Below are positions 1 to 12,753 of a stretch of 64,000 bases of DNA, in pieces (within the stretch, counting starts at the first letter, position 1; each line of letters opens with the position of its first letter). The notes under the pieces are model-generated. The model had not been told where the DNA came from. It worked only from the letters and a program-made list of their open reading frames with translations, and searched no databases. The DNA lies in NCBI RefSeq assembly GCF_009914755.1, contig NC_060937.1; one strand, written 5' to 3'. The position numbers and the translations under genes are program-made. This stretch comes from the human T2T-CHM13v2.0 reference genome, Homo sapiens.

Positions 1-296
1 ACAAACAAAAGAAAATGTTTGAATCATTAAATAATGGAATTTACATAGGGCTCATGGTGAATAATTCAGACATTGTGCCCAGATTTGCAACTGTATTTTG
101 AGTGGTGCTCATTAGGTACGGAATCGTATTTTGTTGATCTAATTGCCTACCTCTTGAGTTGATCACGGTCCTTTGCAGCTTCTTTATGCGGCTGCACATT
201 GTAATGGCTGGGGGAGTACGCACGACTGGACACCCTGACTTCCCTGCTCCGAGGGAGTACTTGGTCAGTGGATTTTCCTTAAAGCTCCCCAGGAGA

Positions 297-660
<364 letters not shown>

Positions 661-1584
661 TTACATTTTTATTAAAACAAGAAAAAAAGCAAAGCTTGTT
701 TCTCCAATTCAGCACTCAACTGGGGACAGTACCTAGTATAGAGTGTGGCCCACCACAAGCCTCAGGAAGTGTTGCCTAAACGAGCTACTGTGTTGTCTTC
801 TAAGATGACTACACTGCCCTCTAAGCAACACCGCTTCTAACAAGACAGTCCAGAAATTAAGCTGAGCTGCTGACAAGTAGAATCAGCCTTAACTCAACAA
901 AATATGAGGACAGGAAATTTTCTCAATGGTCCTAACTAGTGTGACCTCAGGAGGAGGTGAAGAAAGGGGCTCTAAGCTCAGCACTTGAAGGCATGAGGTA
1001 CAGAAGATTCTAGAATGGCATCATCATCCTGACACCCAGGCATCAGGAAGGACACAGAGAGGACCAGGGAGGTGTATGTTTTCTAATGGTGTGTTGTTCA
1101 GAGGAGGAAATGGCCACCCAAGCCCCATGGAACTGTATCCAGGCTTAAAGGAACCGAGGCCGCACCACCCAAAGACATAATGACTGCCCAAGAACACCTC
1201 AGACAGATAAGAAACTTATCTGTCTGTGTTTGTTTCGCTTCTAACCCAAACAAGTTTAGGTGAGAACATTACCAAAGTTTAGGTGTCCCATAAACCAAGT
1301 TAGGTGAGTCAAAATTTATCCAAGATTACAAACTTTGTAATAGGTAGTAGTTTTGTCTTTGATACTCCCATGCTTTTGAGTCTGACAGAATATTTGATTT
1401 GAGATAGTCCAATATTGTCACTACTAAACCAGGGCATTGGTAGAAGATTTGTTTCCTCTAGGCTTTGATCAGCATTAGGAGTGATGATAAGATGGCAAGC
1501 ATTTAGTGTGAATTTGCTTAGGCACAGGTACTATACTAAGTGTTATCCAGGCTTATGTTATGTAATTTTCCCAATAGACTTGAA

Positions 1585-1950
1585 CCAGGATTCTGTGTTG
1601 CAAGTGACAGAAAACCAATCCATACTGGCTTAAACAAAAACAGAAAATGTGCTGGCTCCTATAACAGAATCTAGGTCCAGTGGCAGTTCCAGCTTCAGCT
1701 GCAGCGCAGATGAAATTGCTGTGACCTGGCTTCTCTCCTGCTCTCGGCCTTGCTTCTCCTGCAGTGGCTCTGTTCCCTTGAGGCAGCTTTTCCAGGGCAA
1801 AACCTGACTCACCCCAAGCTTCGTGTCCAATGAGGAAGAGAAAACATCTTTGTTGTCAGCAGCAACAGAATGCATGAGATTCAACTTGGTCATTTGCTCA
1901 CTCCTGAGCCTATTGCTTTGAGCAAGGGACCACAGTGAATGGATTGACTT
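1585..1950 (-). mobile_element. Old MaLR LTR fragment (MLT1K/L-like)
   Basis: gttgcaagtgacagaaaaccaatccatactggcttaaacaaaaa resembles the terminal motif of old MLT1 LTRs. Boundaries approximate. Confidence 0.55.
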
Positions 1951-3557
1951 CGACTTGGGGAACTGCAGCTACAGGTAGAAATAAGCATGAACAAGAGGAA
2001 AATGTGCAAATAAAAATCAAAGGCAGCTGTCAAAAGAAGGAGCCATCTGGAGGCTTGGAGAGTCAAAATCGTTTGCCTGAGCTAAGACAGTTGGCACATG
2101 GCCTTGTTGGCATTTGGAGGAGGAGTGGATGACAGAGCACAAGTCAAGTGGCTGCTCTACAGGGTCATATTTTCTTCCCAATCATGTAGCGCGGGGACGG
2201 GGACAACAGAGCCTGGGGGAGGACCAGATCCCAGGACGATGAGCAGCCTTCCTTCCACAGGGTCCCTCTCCTGGTCTCTCCAATTGCAAACCCATGTTTT
2301 CAAAAGAAATTCTGTGAGGCACACAGCTGTGAGCATTTGTTTATAATAAGTTGTTTCTTTTAATAATAACTGTATTAAAATATTGGTCCCATGACCGTTT
2401 TTCCCCCACCTATTAAGAGGCATTTTCCACACAAGTTCTTACAATTGGCAGTAGGTTAGTCTTTTTAAAATCCTCAACCTTTAACAAATATTTTCACACT
2501 ATGTAAGCCAAAGATAAGGAGGAAGGGCAATTTTTTGACAAAGAAAATTAAAATAAACTTTGGCCATGCTTGCTTTGTGCAAATCAAGCCTGTCAATACA
2601 GGCTTGTGGGATTTGCTCTGCGATGTCAGGTATGTTGCATATTTTGATGCATTTAGATGTCTTCTGTTTCTCCTTCTAGTTGGCCTTCAACTGTCAAATT
2701 ATCTTTACCCTATCCAGTATATTATATGCTTAGTTTTTCCATTGCCTCTGGGATAGTTATCGATTTTATGTAACTCTTTTATGCTTTTTGCATTTTTTCT
2801 TTAAAACTCTTGCTAGCCACAAATTCAGTTTTCAGTCACAGACTGGTTTGTCATTGACAGTTCCTCATCTTGTATATTACCTACTCTTATTCGTTGGCTG
2901 CCAATTAAAAGACTCAGCCCTAATTCTACACAATCAGGTTCTGACACTTGAGGTATTGCTTTTTTGTTTCCACATCATCTTGTCTGTGAAAACTTTCTTG
3001 TCCTGATTTGCAATTTTAACTTACTTTATATACTACCACTTTTAGTTCATCTTCTTTAGTGTTAATTACTTGATCAAGAATGATGGATTCTTAACAATAT
3101 AGAGTGCAAACATCCTGAATCAAATGCTTATAAAGATGAAAATGTAAGTGTAATATTTTGGTTGTATTTGGCAAGAGAATCCTGAAATACTGAACATTCC
3201 CCTTGATAATTTACCTCATCAAACCAGGTCCCTGTACAGAGAAAAAAGCAAAATAATTTAACTTTTCATACTAACAGTGCCTTTAGCCCCTAGGTTACAA
3301 ACTCTAGTAGGCTAGGTGAAATTCCATGGAGAATGATATTCAGCAGTCCTTCCGAATGAACACTAACAGTGCACAGGTGCTAGTCTGCCTACAGTCACCC
3401 ATGAGCTGGCCTTGTCCCCATCTTTCCAGTCCACTGCCCAGAAAAATGAGAGTAGATCTGCCCATGAGAAAGCCAGAGGAGATCAGTGAGCAAGACGGTT
3501 TGATCCAAATCAGAAAAAGGAAATGGCTGCAATTTATCAAGACTCTTCTCGGTTGGT

Positions 3558-3676
3558 GGCTGGACACGGTAGCTCATGGCCACTCAGGTCAATCACGCCA
3601 TTGCACTCCAGCCTGGGTTACAAAGTGAGACCCTGTCACTAAAATAAATAAATAAATACATGCATATGTACATACA
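3558..3676 (+). mobile_element. Internally deleted Alu (AluJ/monomer-like) with intact TSD
   Basis: Alu 5' end (ggctggacacggtagctcatg) joined through about 11 nt to the Alu 3' end (atcacgccattgcactccagcctggg...gagaccctgtc) and an A-rich tail. TSD aagactcttctcggt at 3539-3553 and 3677-3691. Confidence 0.9.
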
Positions 3677-4319
3677 AAGACTCTTCTCGGTAGGGGGAAG
3701 GATTTGGGAAAACAGGATGTTGCTTCCTAGGTCCACCTGACTTAGCCATATCAGAGAAGAGAACACTGTAAAAGGCAAAAGAGGTGGCCAGGTCTCTCCA
3801 AAGAGGAGATCCACCACCAGGCCTAAAGTCTCCAGGTTTCTTGGATGAACAGATTCAAGCAAAAGAGAAAACAATATGAGGACTCATCAGTCTTGCTTCC
3901 TTGGATTGGAGGAGTTGCCCAGGCCAGACTTTGTACTTCTTCATCCAAACATATGTGCACGTGCGCATACACACCAAGAGAAACAAAAAAGAGAGACTGA
4001 GACAGGGACAGAAAAAGAGAACCAAGTAAAAAGAGATGGCCAGACCTTCTTTCAAGGGAAGTAGAATCTACTTACTTCTCTTGATATCTAAGAAAATAAT
4101 TCTCAAACCTTCACCCTTTCAACCAGTTTGAAAGCTTTACCTTGGGGTAAAATGAGGGGCTTATGCTAGAGGCTTACTAAGAGGAAGCATATGTGAAGGA
4201 GACAGGAGTCTCTGACATTTTCCCCATAGGGATCAGTGAATTCCATTATATACTACCTTCAATACAGAGCAGGTGAGAAGAGAGCAAAATAGGTGTCTGC
4301 TCACTTTGTTCCACCATTT

Positions 4320-4501
4320 TTTTAATACTATGGACTCCTTTGCCAATCTGGTAATGCCCATGGACCCCCTTCATGGGAAAATATTTTTAAATACATAATA
4401 TAAATGACAAAGAATTATAAAAGAGACTTATGCTGAGATAGACTTCTACCAGTAGATGGCTCAGGGGAGGGAATTCAGGGAGCCCAGGTTAGGAATCACT
4501 G
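4320..4501. mobile_element. hAT-Charlie-type DNA transposon remnant
   Basis: tatggactcctttgccaatctggtaatgcccatggacccc...atttttaaatacataa, ending in cccaggttaggaatcactg, a typical hAT-Charlie TIR. Confidence 0.5.
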
Positions 4502-4509
4502 TTACACAG

Positions 4510-4835
4510 GGCTGAGCACCAAGCAAGGTCCCTGCAGGAAACAGGTGGCATACTCAGGCTAGGATAATTTGAGGATGATTTCATAAAAAGATATTTACAA
4601 AGCATGGGCAGGTATGGGGAAACCATGAAGTGCAATGCAGTGCATGTTTCCAGAAAAGGCAGGCCTATGATCAACCCCAGATCCAAAGGAAAGAGGGGCA
4701 GCATTTACTGGAAGGAGGGTAATTTCAGAAGAGAAGTTACTCATCTTGAGATTGGGCCAACCACAGGTGACCCTTACAGAGAGGGAGTCAGGAGCATATA
4801 TGCTCTCTCCTCACCCCTCGCCTGATCTGCTGGGA
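4510..4835. mobile_element. Old ERVL-class LTR fragment (LTR41-like)
   Basis: ggtccctgcaggaaacaggtggcatactcaggctaggataatttgagg...atttacaaag resembles old ERVL LTR consensus. Family uncertain. Confidence 0.4.
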
Positions 4836-5159
4836 TCCCCAGAGGTGCCATACATTAAGCAGACTTTAAAAAAATGTAAATCAAATTAGGTTGCAAGAAT
4901 TCTCATGTCCCAGAGCCAGAGCCAGCCCAAGCCCATCAATCCCCATACGGGCCGACCTCCTGCCAGTGGATATACAGCATTATGAAAAGGTGGAGCAGGG
5001 AAGGAGACGAATCACCAAGTGCAGATGATATTAGTAAAAAGTGCCTTCGCTATAACTCGGTCTTTATTTTTGTTGGCAAATATTTAGAAATACTTTAAAC
5101 CATATGTGGAATTAAGAGTAATTGACCCCCCTCCCTTTTGCTAGAGTAATTTTTCTTTT

Positions 5160-7000
5160 GTGATTTATTTAAAAAGCAACACCCACTGATAGATTTCCCA
5201 GGAAATCTTTTTATTTGCAGGTTAGCTGGCCCGAGATGTCAACTGTGCTGAAGGAGAAATCCTTCACAAGTTTCATCTTGAGAAATGGTTAAAATCACCA
5301 GATTCTTTGGGCGCAGCTATTTGGTCTTTGAAAATATAGGTGGAGTACTTGAAAACTATTTGGAAAGTCATTTGTTCCAATGGGTTGTATTGTCATTCTG
5401 CAAATTACCCAAAACTATTTTAAAAATGAAAAAAAAAAAAAAAAACGATTATTATCTACCCACGGAGATTCATTTACAATGTACACACAATGTTCTGTGA
5501 TGGTTTTACCTCTTATAATAATAGAGGGTTAACAAAGATCTGACCCCACCTGTCTGTGTTCCCCAGACAGGTGGTCAGTTACCTTGGTGCGAAGATAGTG
5601 CCGATACAGAAATGAAAATCATTTACTCTGGGAACTCAGCCTGCCAGCACGCCTGTGAAATGATTTGCATACGGTTGTACCAGGAGTTCCCAGAACTGTT
5701 CCTGGGTGTTCCCTCCTCTATTTCCACTGCTGGCTGGCTGATTCTGTTTGGGTGTATGTCTGCATGTGTCATGATGTTCTCTTTTAAAATACAGCAAAGT
5801 TCAAGAAGTTTTGCTTCCTTAAAAGCACACTTGGTGCTCAAATATGAAATACTGAGCTTTTTTTCCACAGGGCATTTTTGTTTGTTTTTGAACTGCAAAG
5901 CAGTTTTCTGAAACTGATCTTCCAGAGTGAATGACGGGAGTGTATTTTCTTCTAACGCTGGCTTTCCTAAATACTAAACTGCCACTTAGGTGTCCCGCTG
6001 GTTTATCTTCCTTTTCTGGAGATCCTAATGTTGTAGGGGACTTGATGACTAGAGAGGGCATTTGCAAAGATGAGGATGTCTGCAAAACATTCCCTTTTCT
6101 TTTTCTTTTTTTTTCAGGCAGTGATTCTCTGCAGAAGCATTTTTCTTTTTAAATGAATTCTCAGAGGGCAAACAGAGATGAAAAGGGAGGAAAAGCTGAA
6201 TATTTCTGCTAGTGTTTTGACCAGAACAGCCCTAAAATGTTCTGTTTATTAACAAGAGGAGAACGGTTTGTGTAAGGTTAACGTTGGCATTACTTAGCCG
6301 GGTCACTCCTGTAGAGCGTCTGCATGAATTAGGAAAGGCTGCCAGGTTTCCATCTGTCAGCAAGGCAAGCCCGGCCACAAACACAACTGTCGTGACAACC
6401 ACACCGAGTTAGTCTTTCAAATAAAACTTGTTAAAAGCTACTGCCTCCAGCCTCCACCCACTGCAGCTAACTGCATTAAATCACCCTCTAACTAGTATTT
6501 ATTTTCTTCGGCATTCCTTACTTGTGCAGCTGTGGGCATGCTGGCCTTTGATTTAAAATAACCCCACCAGGATGAGCGTTTACAGTCCTGAAGGTTGAGA
6601 TGTGTTGAGGAGGATGTCTGAAAGCAATGTCCCACCTGAACCTTTCTCAGGCTGCAGTGCCTGTATCCGGGCCCTCTGCATCTTCCCTGTGGGACATGGT
6701 CTGTAACTCTGGGAACTGCTGGATCAGCTGATTTCTTTCAGATGATGGCAAACCACAAAGATCCCCTCAGAGTAAGGCCATACTCTTGGTGGTGGAAGGC
6801 CCGCCCTCAGGCCAGTTCCTCTCCCCAGCCCCCCTCCACCGCCCCGGTTTTCCCATTATGATGAACTTGGGTGGCAAAAGCAAGTTTGGATTAACTTTAG
6901 CTCACCTGTGAAATCCGAGTTGACAAGGGAATCAAAGCTATCACGGAGTCCACTGGCACTGCGTCTCCTGGGGTGTGCGTTTTCTTTTAACTCACATGCT
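5160..7000. promoter_or_regulatory. Candidate enhancer/promoter-like unique sequence
   Basis: No recognisable repeat over about 1.8 kb. Octamer ATTTGCAT 5663-5670, GAS TTCCCAGAA 5687-5695, palindromic TTC-N4-GAA 5191-5208, RUNX AACCACA near 6397 and 6751, GC boxes 6798-6848. Confidence 0.35.
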
Positions 7001-9529
7001 TGAAATCTGTGAGATCAAATGGCCTAGTGACCCCCTGGTAGGACTCTGTTATGTAAAAGCAATTTAATATTCTCAATATGCTCTTTTAGGTGCTAGGTCC
7101 TTTTAGAAGATTTCTGCACAGTAGAGAGGTGTCTTCCCTACTGGTCAGTGTGGGCTGTAAAAATGGGCACTTGGTTAAAAAAATACTGAGGGTAGAAAAA
7201 GTGAAGTGATGGTGAAACAGATTGTGTATTTCTGTACTCTGTGTACATTTTTGAAAAAAAAGGGACAGCCCTTTCTGATTGTTAGAGGAATACTCAGCGG
7301 CTATGCCTGTATCTGAACAATGTGGTTAGTACCAAACCTTTAAAGAAACATTTATGCCTAAAATATTATGAGATAAATAGAGGCTTTTAAATGTCAAATT
7401 CCAGCTTCTGCACAGCTTCTGAGGTGTTGTAGGAATTGAAGGAGCTTATGGTGTCTAGTACTTGGTGGTGACTCAACAATACCTGTTGAGTGAATGATGA
7501 ATAAATAAAAATGGTGATGGTGATGATGGTGTTAAAGGATAAACTTTAAAAGAGGATAAGATCATGATTCTCAGGCAAATATACAATCAGCACAAGTCAA
7601 AAACTGCATTTAATGTGTAAATTAATGAAGAAACCAATATGATAATATTACAATTGGTTCATAAGACAACTCAAAGAACTATATTCCTTATAGTCAGACA
7701 GGGATTGCTGAAATGAATTTACAAATGGATGTAACCTGGCAAAACTGGTCCCCATCCACAGGGTGACACAGAATTGACTACCAGGAGATGAGACACAGTA
7801 TGTATGTCTACAGGCAGGAATTGTTTGTATAACTAAGAGTTTTCTACAAATCAACTTGCGTTTAGCAGAGTTGTAAAGTAGCCTAGTCAAAGAAAAGCAA
7901 CCAAGCAGATGTGCACACCCTATAGAATCGAATAATCCTTGTAATAGTAGCATTCCATTGAGGGCTATCCAAAAATCCTTTAGGCCTATTTCAAAATCTT
8001 CCACAATCTTCCCCACAGTAGTTAACATATCCATAGTACATATTCAGTGCCAGACACTGTTCTGGATGATATGCTTTACACAATAATTTATTGAATCTTC
8101 CCCAGCAACTGGCCCAAGTTTACAAAGCAAGTCAATAAGGGGTCAGAATTTGAGTCCAGCCTGTCCAACTCCACCACCTCAGGCTCTTGCTGACCATGCA
8201 AAACTCCCTGAGAATGGATGTGGTCAATGGGTGCCTGCTAGCGCAGCTGAGAGGCTACTGCTACCTATGCTGGTCTTCAATTAGCATAAGATATCATGGG
8301 AGGAAAAGGGGTGATTGAGGCTCTACTAGATTATCCCAGGTCTTTGGCAGTAGACATAGGTGCATTGTGTTTTCTGGTTTTCCTTTGTTTACTCATCAAA
8401 TCTGCACCTGGCATAGCGTGTTTCATCTCACTGTGATTGGCACATTCACAGACTGACGCCACAAGCCACCGTGTGACGAAAGGAGTTCATTGCAGGTTGA
8501 GTATAATGGAATAATCAAGTTAGGTTAAAAAATATATATATATATAAGCCCAAGTAAAACAGGAGGATTATGGCAAAATACGAGTCAAAAATGGTTGCTT
8601 TGGGACCCACCCTGTGTTTGCCCAGAAAGGTCTTACAAGAGGTTGTAGGCCTGCTTGTTCCTACACGCAGGAGGCCTGGCATGGCCCAGGCACTGCCTTG
8701 AATCTTTAGCCACAGGGGACCAGGCCTAGTTTTGTAAAGTGGAGAGTGGCAAATACAGAAAGCTGCAAATTCCCAAATTGGCAAAAAGTTCGTCCTATTC
8801 ATTTTCTCCCCCAGTTTTACTGCTTTGTATTAAAAAAGAAAGTCCAGGAAATATTTAGTACAGTTGTAGAGCTATACCCTGGGAATTCTCAAATTTACTA
8901 TCCTTGGCCTTTTACTCTCTGTCATCCCCACACACCGTAACAATGGGAAGATTATGCTGGAAGGCCTATGCATTGTGTTATGTATCTGCAAAGGCTCAAG
9001 AAAAGCAAAGCACCTGCAAAGCTCACATTCTCTTTTGGCCTCTGCCTCCACTGAGTGGGGACAGCTTATTCCACAGTTCAGTGGTCCCCAAGAGGAAGAA
9101 ACCATGGTGGATTCTCCCTCATTCTGTGCGGGATCCCCTTTGCTTTGGGTAAGACCAAAGCAAAGAGAGTAAGTCATTTATAGTTTTGGAGAAGTGCAAT
9201 TTTTTTTTTTTTGGCTGGGTTTTTGTTTTTAAATAAGCTTTAGTCCCTTGTATGTAAGTAAAGTTTGGGCAGGAGCCCATGTTTTATTTTGCTTTGGGAA
9301 GAAAAAAAAAAAACAATGTCATGATGACAATAGGAATAGTTTAAAGTCTATATCACTTCTTTTATGTTCACCACATCTCTGAAAACCTACTTATAAGAAA
9401 TTGGAGAAGGAGAGGTATTGGATCATATTTCACCTTCAGGGGGTAATGTCAGAAAGGGAGGTCTGTGAGGGTGGATGGGATTGAGGGTGGTTTATTTATT
9501 GATTCATAAATAAACCATCTGGGAGCTGG

Positions 9530-9710
9530 GCTGGAGCCAGAACTGATGGTGCACATTCTCTTCCTAATTCTGCATCTCACAGGTCGCTGGACATTGCCTG
9601 TGGTGGAAGAATTTACACCACAGTAACTGGCAAATGCTACAAATCAGGGCTTCCTCATTGCCTCCTCTCAGAGTGTCATTTGGTTGTTGAACACGTACTA
9701 GCACTCCACT
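9530..9710. mobile_element. MER63-like hAT DNA transposon
   Basis: atttacaccacagtaactggcaaatgctacaaatcaggg...ggttgttgaacacgtactagcactccact matches the MER63 core and TIR. Confidence 0.65.
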
Positions 9711-9964
9711 TAGGATACCCCAGGTACCAGAACAGTGCTTGGGATACAGTTAGTGCCCCAAAAATACTTGGAAATGAAAGAATGAATGTTTCTAGGAACG
9801 CTGAAGTAAATTTCACTCTGGTGAAATAATATCTTTAAGTTATGTAAGTTCAGAATTTTATCTTCAATTTCCCTGACAGCATAATTTAACTTACTGTTTG
9901 GTCTGCAGGTTGCCCGTTGCTTTTTCATGCTTTGCTTCTTCTAGTTTCTATACAATCTCAGGAA

Positions 9965-10085
9965 AAGTGAGAATTATTCTCATTTTACAGAGAGGAAAAG
10001 GAGGCTCAGAGTAGCAAAGTGTCACTGCTGTATTAAGAGGCAGAGTGTGTGTTCACTTCCAAGTTCTGGTTGATTTTCAGGCTGC
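9965..10085 (-). mobile_element. MIR
   Basis: MIR core attattctcattttacagagaggaaaaggaggctcagag. Confidence 0.7.
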
Positions 10086-11649
10086 TGCTTGGCTATGAGA
10101 CAACACTGCCTGGCCTTACTGTGAAGGGAACCTGTGTCCTGTCATGGAAGGCAAAGAGTGTCAGGCTCATTAACTGCAGGAGCCATCCCGAGAGCTCCAC
10201 TGCCCTTCTTCAGGCCTGATGTTTCTTGAAGAGCAGAATCAGTGAATTTCCAGCTCCATGTATGCTTCCCTTGTCCCCTGCTGGGAGATCTTAAAGCAGA
10301 TATAATACTTATTATTAGATCATGACAGCAGTTAATACATTTTAAACTCAGAGCAGTGAAATTCGGCTTGCTGGTTTGACTTGGGAGTGTCTTGAACAAT
10401 GAGCGATGAGTACATTGGCTGAGCAGAAAAGATGGAATGATATAAGATAGCTGCAATGTCTGGTGTGACTGTCCTCCCAGGCACCCGATGTGAAGATGGC
10501 TGTCTTTGAATATAAATACAACATTTCACTTTCTACAAGGACATCAGCACCCACCCCAGTCTGCCTCTGTGGCTTCAGGTTTTGGGATGCTTTCTGTGTC
10601 CTGTCATCAGTAGAGGAGGCAGAGGCGAGGGGATGGGAGCAGCTGGGCTCAGCTCTTTGAAGGCCTTCGGAGAAAAGGCTGAGATGATAAAGGAATTTCA
10701 ATGCAACGCCTAGCAGCCCACCCACCTGTACCTGAGCCTACTCTGCCATCAGGGATGAAAGGGCAGCTGCTCGCCCATCCATTCTCTCTTCATTAATTTT
10801 CTTCGAAAATTGGGTCCCTTTACCTGCCCACTCGCTGCGACCAAATTTCAGTGTGGACATGGAAAGAGAAATAATGGGGAAGCATGTGATATGCAGAACA
10901 ATAGCCAGTTCCACCAGGCCCACATTCTTCACGAGGTAGAGAAATAACGGCAATCAAGAACCATATTGTTATAGTCTGCTTTGAATAAAATTCACAAAAG
11001 TTCAATTAAGAAACCCTGTAGTGCTGCTTGCCTGAAATTTCAGTGCGTTCATCACAAAGAATGTCTGCTATTCCCTGTCTCTAAAAGGTGGTTGTTTCTG
11101 AAATGTAGTTTATCAGGCTGCTGGCTTTGAGGGTTGTTCTGCAGCTTCTCTCCTTTTCTCCAAGGCACGGTCCATCCTGGGTGGATTCACCAGGTGAGGC
11201 AGGCCAGGTGCTTCCATTTGCTGAGGAGGCCGCAACATCAGAAGTAACTCCTGATGTATTATTTGCCATCTTCTGCAAGAGCATAGAGAATATGGCGATT
11301 TCAGTCCTAAAAGCCCAAATCCGGGGAAATATTTGCAAAATCTGTAACAGAAAATTAATACTGTTGCTACATAAAGAGCTCTTTAAAATCGATACAATAT
11401 AACTAGAGTTGTGAGAGTAAAATAAAGTTCCCATGTTTTGGGCCCAAATTGCCGGCATCCATGAGAAGAGTCGGGGGTGAGCTGGGGCTATTGGTGTGGC
11501 ACCCTGTAGGGGTGAGTCCAGGCATTTTGACTTCACTCCTGGTGTAGAGAGCAGATTGTGAAGGGAGGGTGTTGGGGATGGGTGGAAGAGAAGGTGACAT
11601 TGCAGCTGCAGTTCAAACATTTCTTTCTTGGGGAGAGAGCAGGATGAGG

Positions 11650-12620
11650 GGGCTGGAATAATAGCCTGTGCTAGAGAAGCCGGGAGTTCCAGGAGAAGGA
11701 CCCCTGTGGCATTGAAAGAAACTGAATGGTAGGAGGAAAAACTGACTTAGTCATAGAGGTGAGACTGAGGGAGAAGAAGGTTCTAAGGCTGACTCCTGGC
11801 TTTCTGTCCGAATAACAAAAACACTGCAGATGGCACCACCTCAGACAACGGATAAGCTTGGGAGGGGACCCGGGTTGTTGCTGGAGACTGGAGGAGGAAT
11901 CAGGGGTTCGGTCTGTGAGGTTACTGTGTGGTTCCCTGATGAATGACAGAGGAAGGGCTGAACTGCAGGTCTCAATTTGATACTTATCTTAGCATAGATA
12001 GAATTTTGGGCCCAGATATAGAGTTAACCTTTGAGGAACTTCAGAATTAAATGTCCAGGTGGAAGATGATGACTTTGCAAATGACTCAGAGAAGGAAAGG
12101 CCGGGAAAAATGGGGAAACCGGAAAATAAGGAGAGAAAGCATTGGACGTGAAGCACATTGGATGCTGCTGGGAATGGACTGACAAGTCTCCTGGGTTCAG
12201 TGATGGGGAGCTTATTTGCAAGCTCTGCAAGAGTTGTGAACTTATGCAATGAAGGCAGGGACCAAGCTGGAGCAGGCTGAGAAGTGAGAGGGAGCTAAGA
12301 AACAAAAATGGCAGCTCCCAAGATCTTTAAAGAAGCTTGGTTATGAAAGAGCAGGGAGGAACCAGGAGCCACTTGATAGCCATGGGGTGAGCACTGAAGA
12401 CACAGAAGAGTCAATGAATAGAAAAAGTTCCAAACTCCAAGGCACAGGCCTTGGAAAGGGGGACAGATTAAATGGAATTGTCAGCATGGTGTCTGGAGAC
12501 AGTGGGAATTCCCATTTGATGACTCCAAGTTTTTTATGTAAATTAGGACTCAGGTGACTATCACTGGAGGAGAGGCGAGAAGAACTGAACCATCCAATCA
12601 GAGTGGTCAGTGGGCTTACT
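11650..12620 (-). mobile_element. Degenerate L2 LINE fragments
   Basis: Purine-rich L2-antisense motifs (ggctgactcctggctttctg; cttgaggaacttcagaatt; aaatggaattgtcagc). Boundaries approximate. Confidence 0.55.
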
Positions 12621-12753
12621 GACTAGGCAGGTGTCATGGCAGAACATCTGCTGAAGACAGCGGCTGTTCTCATCTCTGCTCCAGAATCTTGTCTGCATGG
12701 TTAAAAATTGTTGCTTTGCAACTGTAGCTAGGATGGGAAACAGCATGAGGTAG

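Noticed and set aside
766-837. ~70-nt imperfect stem-loop (gtgttgc...gcaacac), pre-miRNA sized
   Set aside because: Only 7 contiguous pairs with many bulges by eye. I recognise no mature miRNA; RNAfold and small-RNA reads would be needed.
4449-4460. CTCF-like core CCAGTAGATGGC (weaker matches near 11823 and 30843)
   Set aside because: Core-only matches with mismatched flanks occur by chance at this frequency; not supportable without ChIP data.
8815-9168. Possible + strand exon (ttttctcccccag| ... |gtaaga or |gtaagt)
   Set aside because: Long for an internal exon, the donors have weak exonic positions, and no reading frame is continuous.
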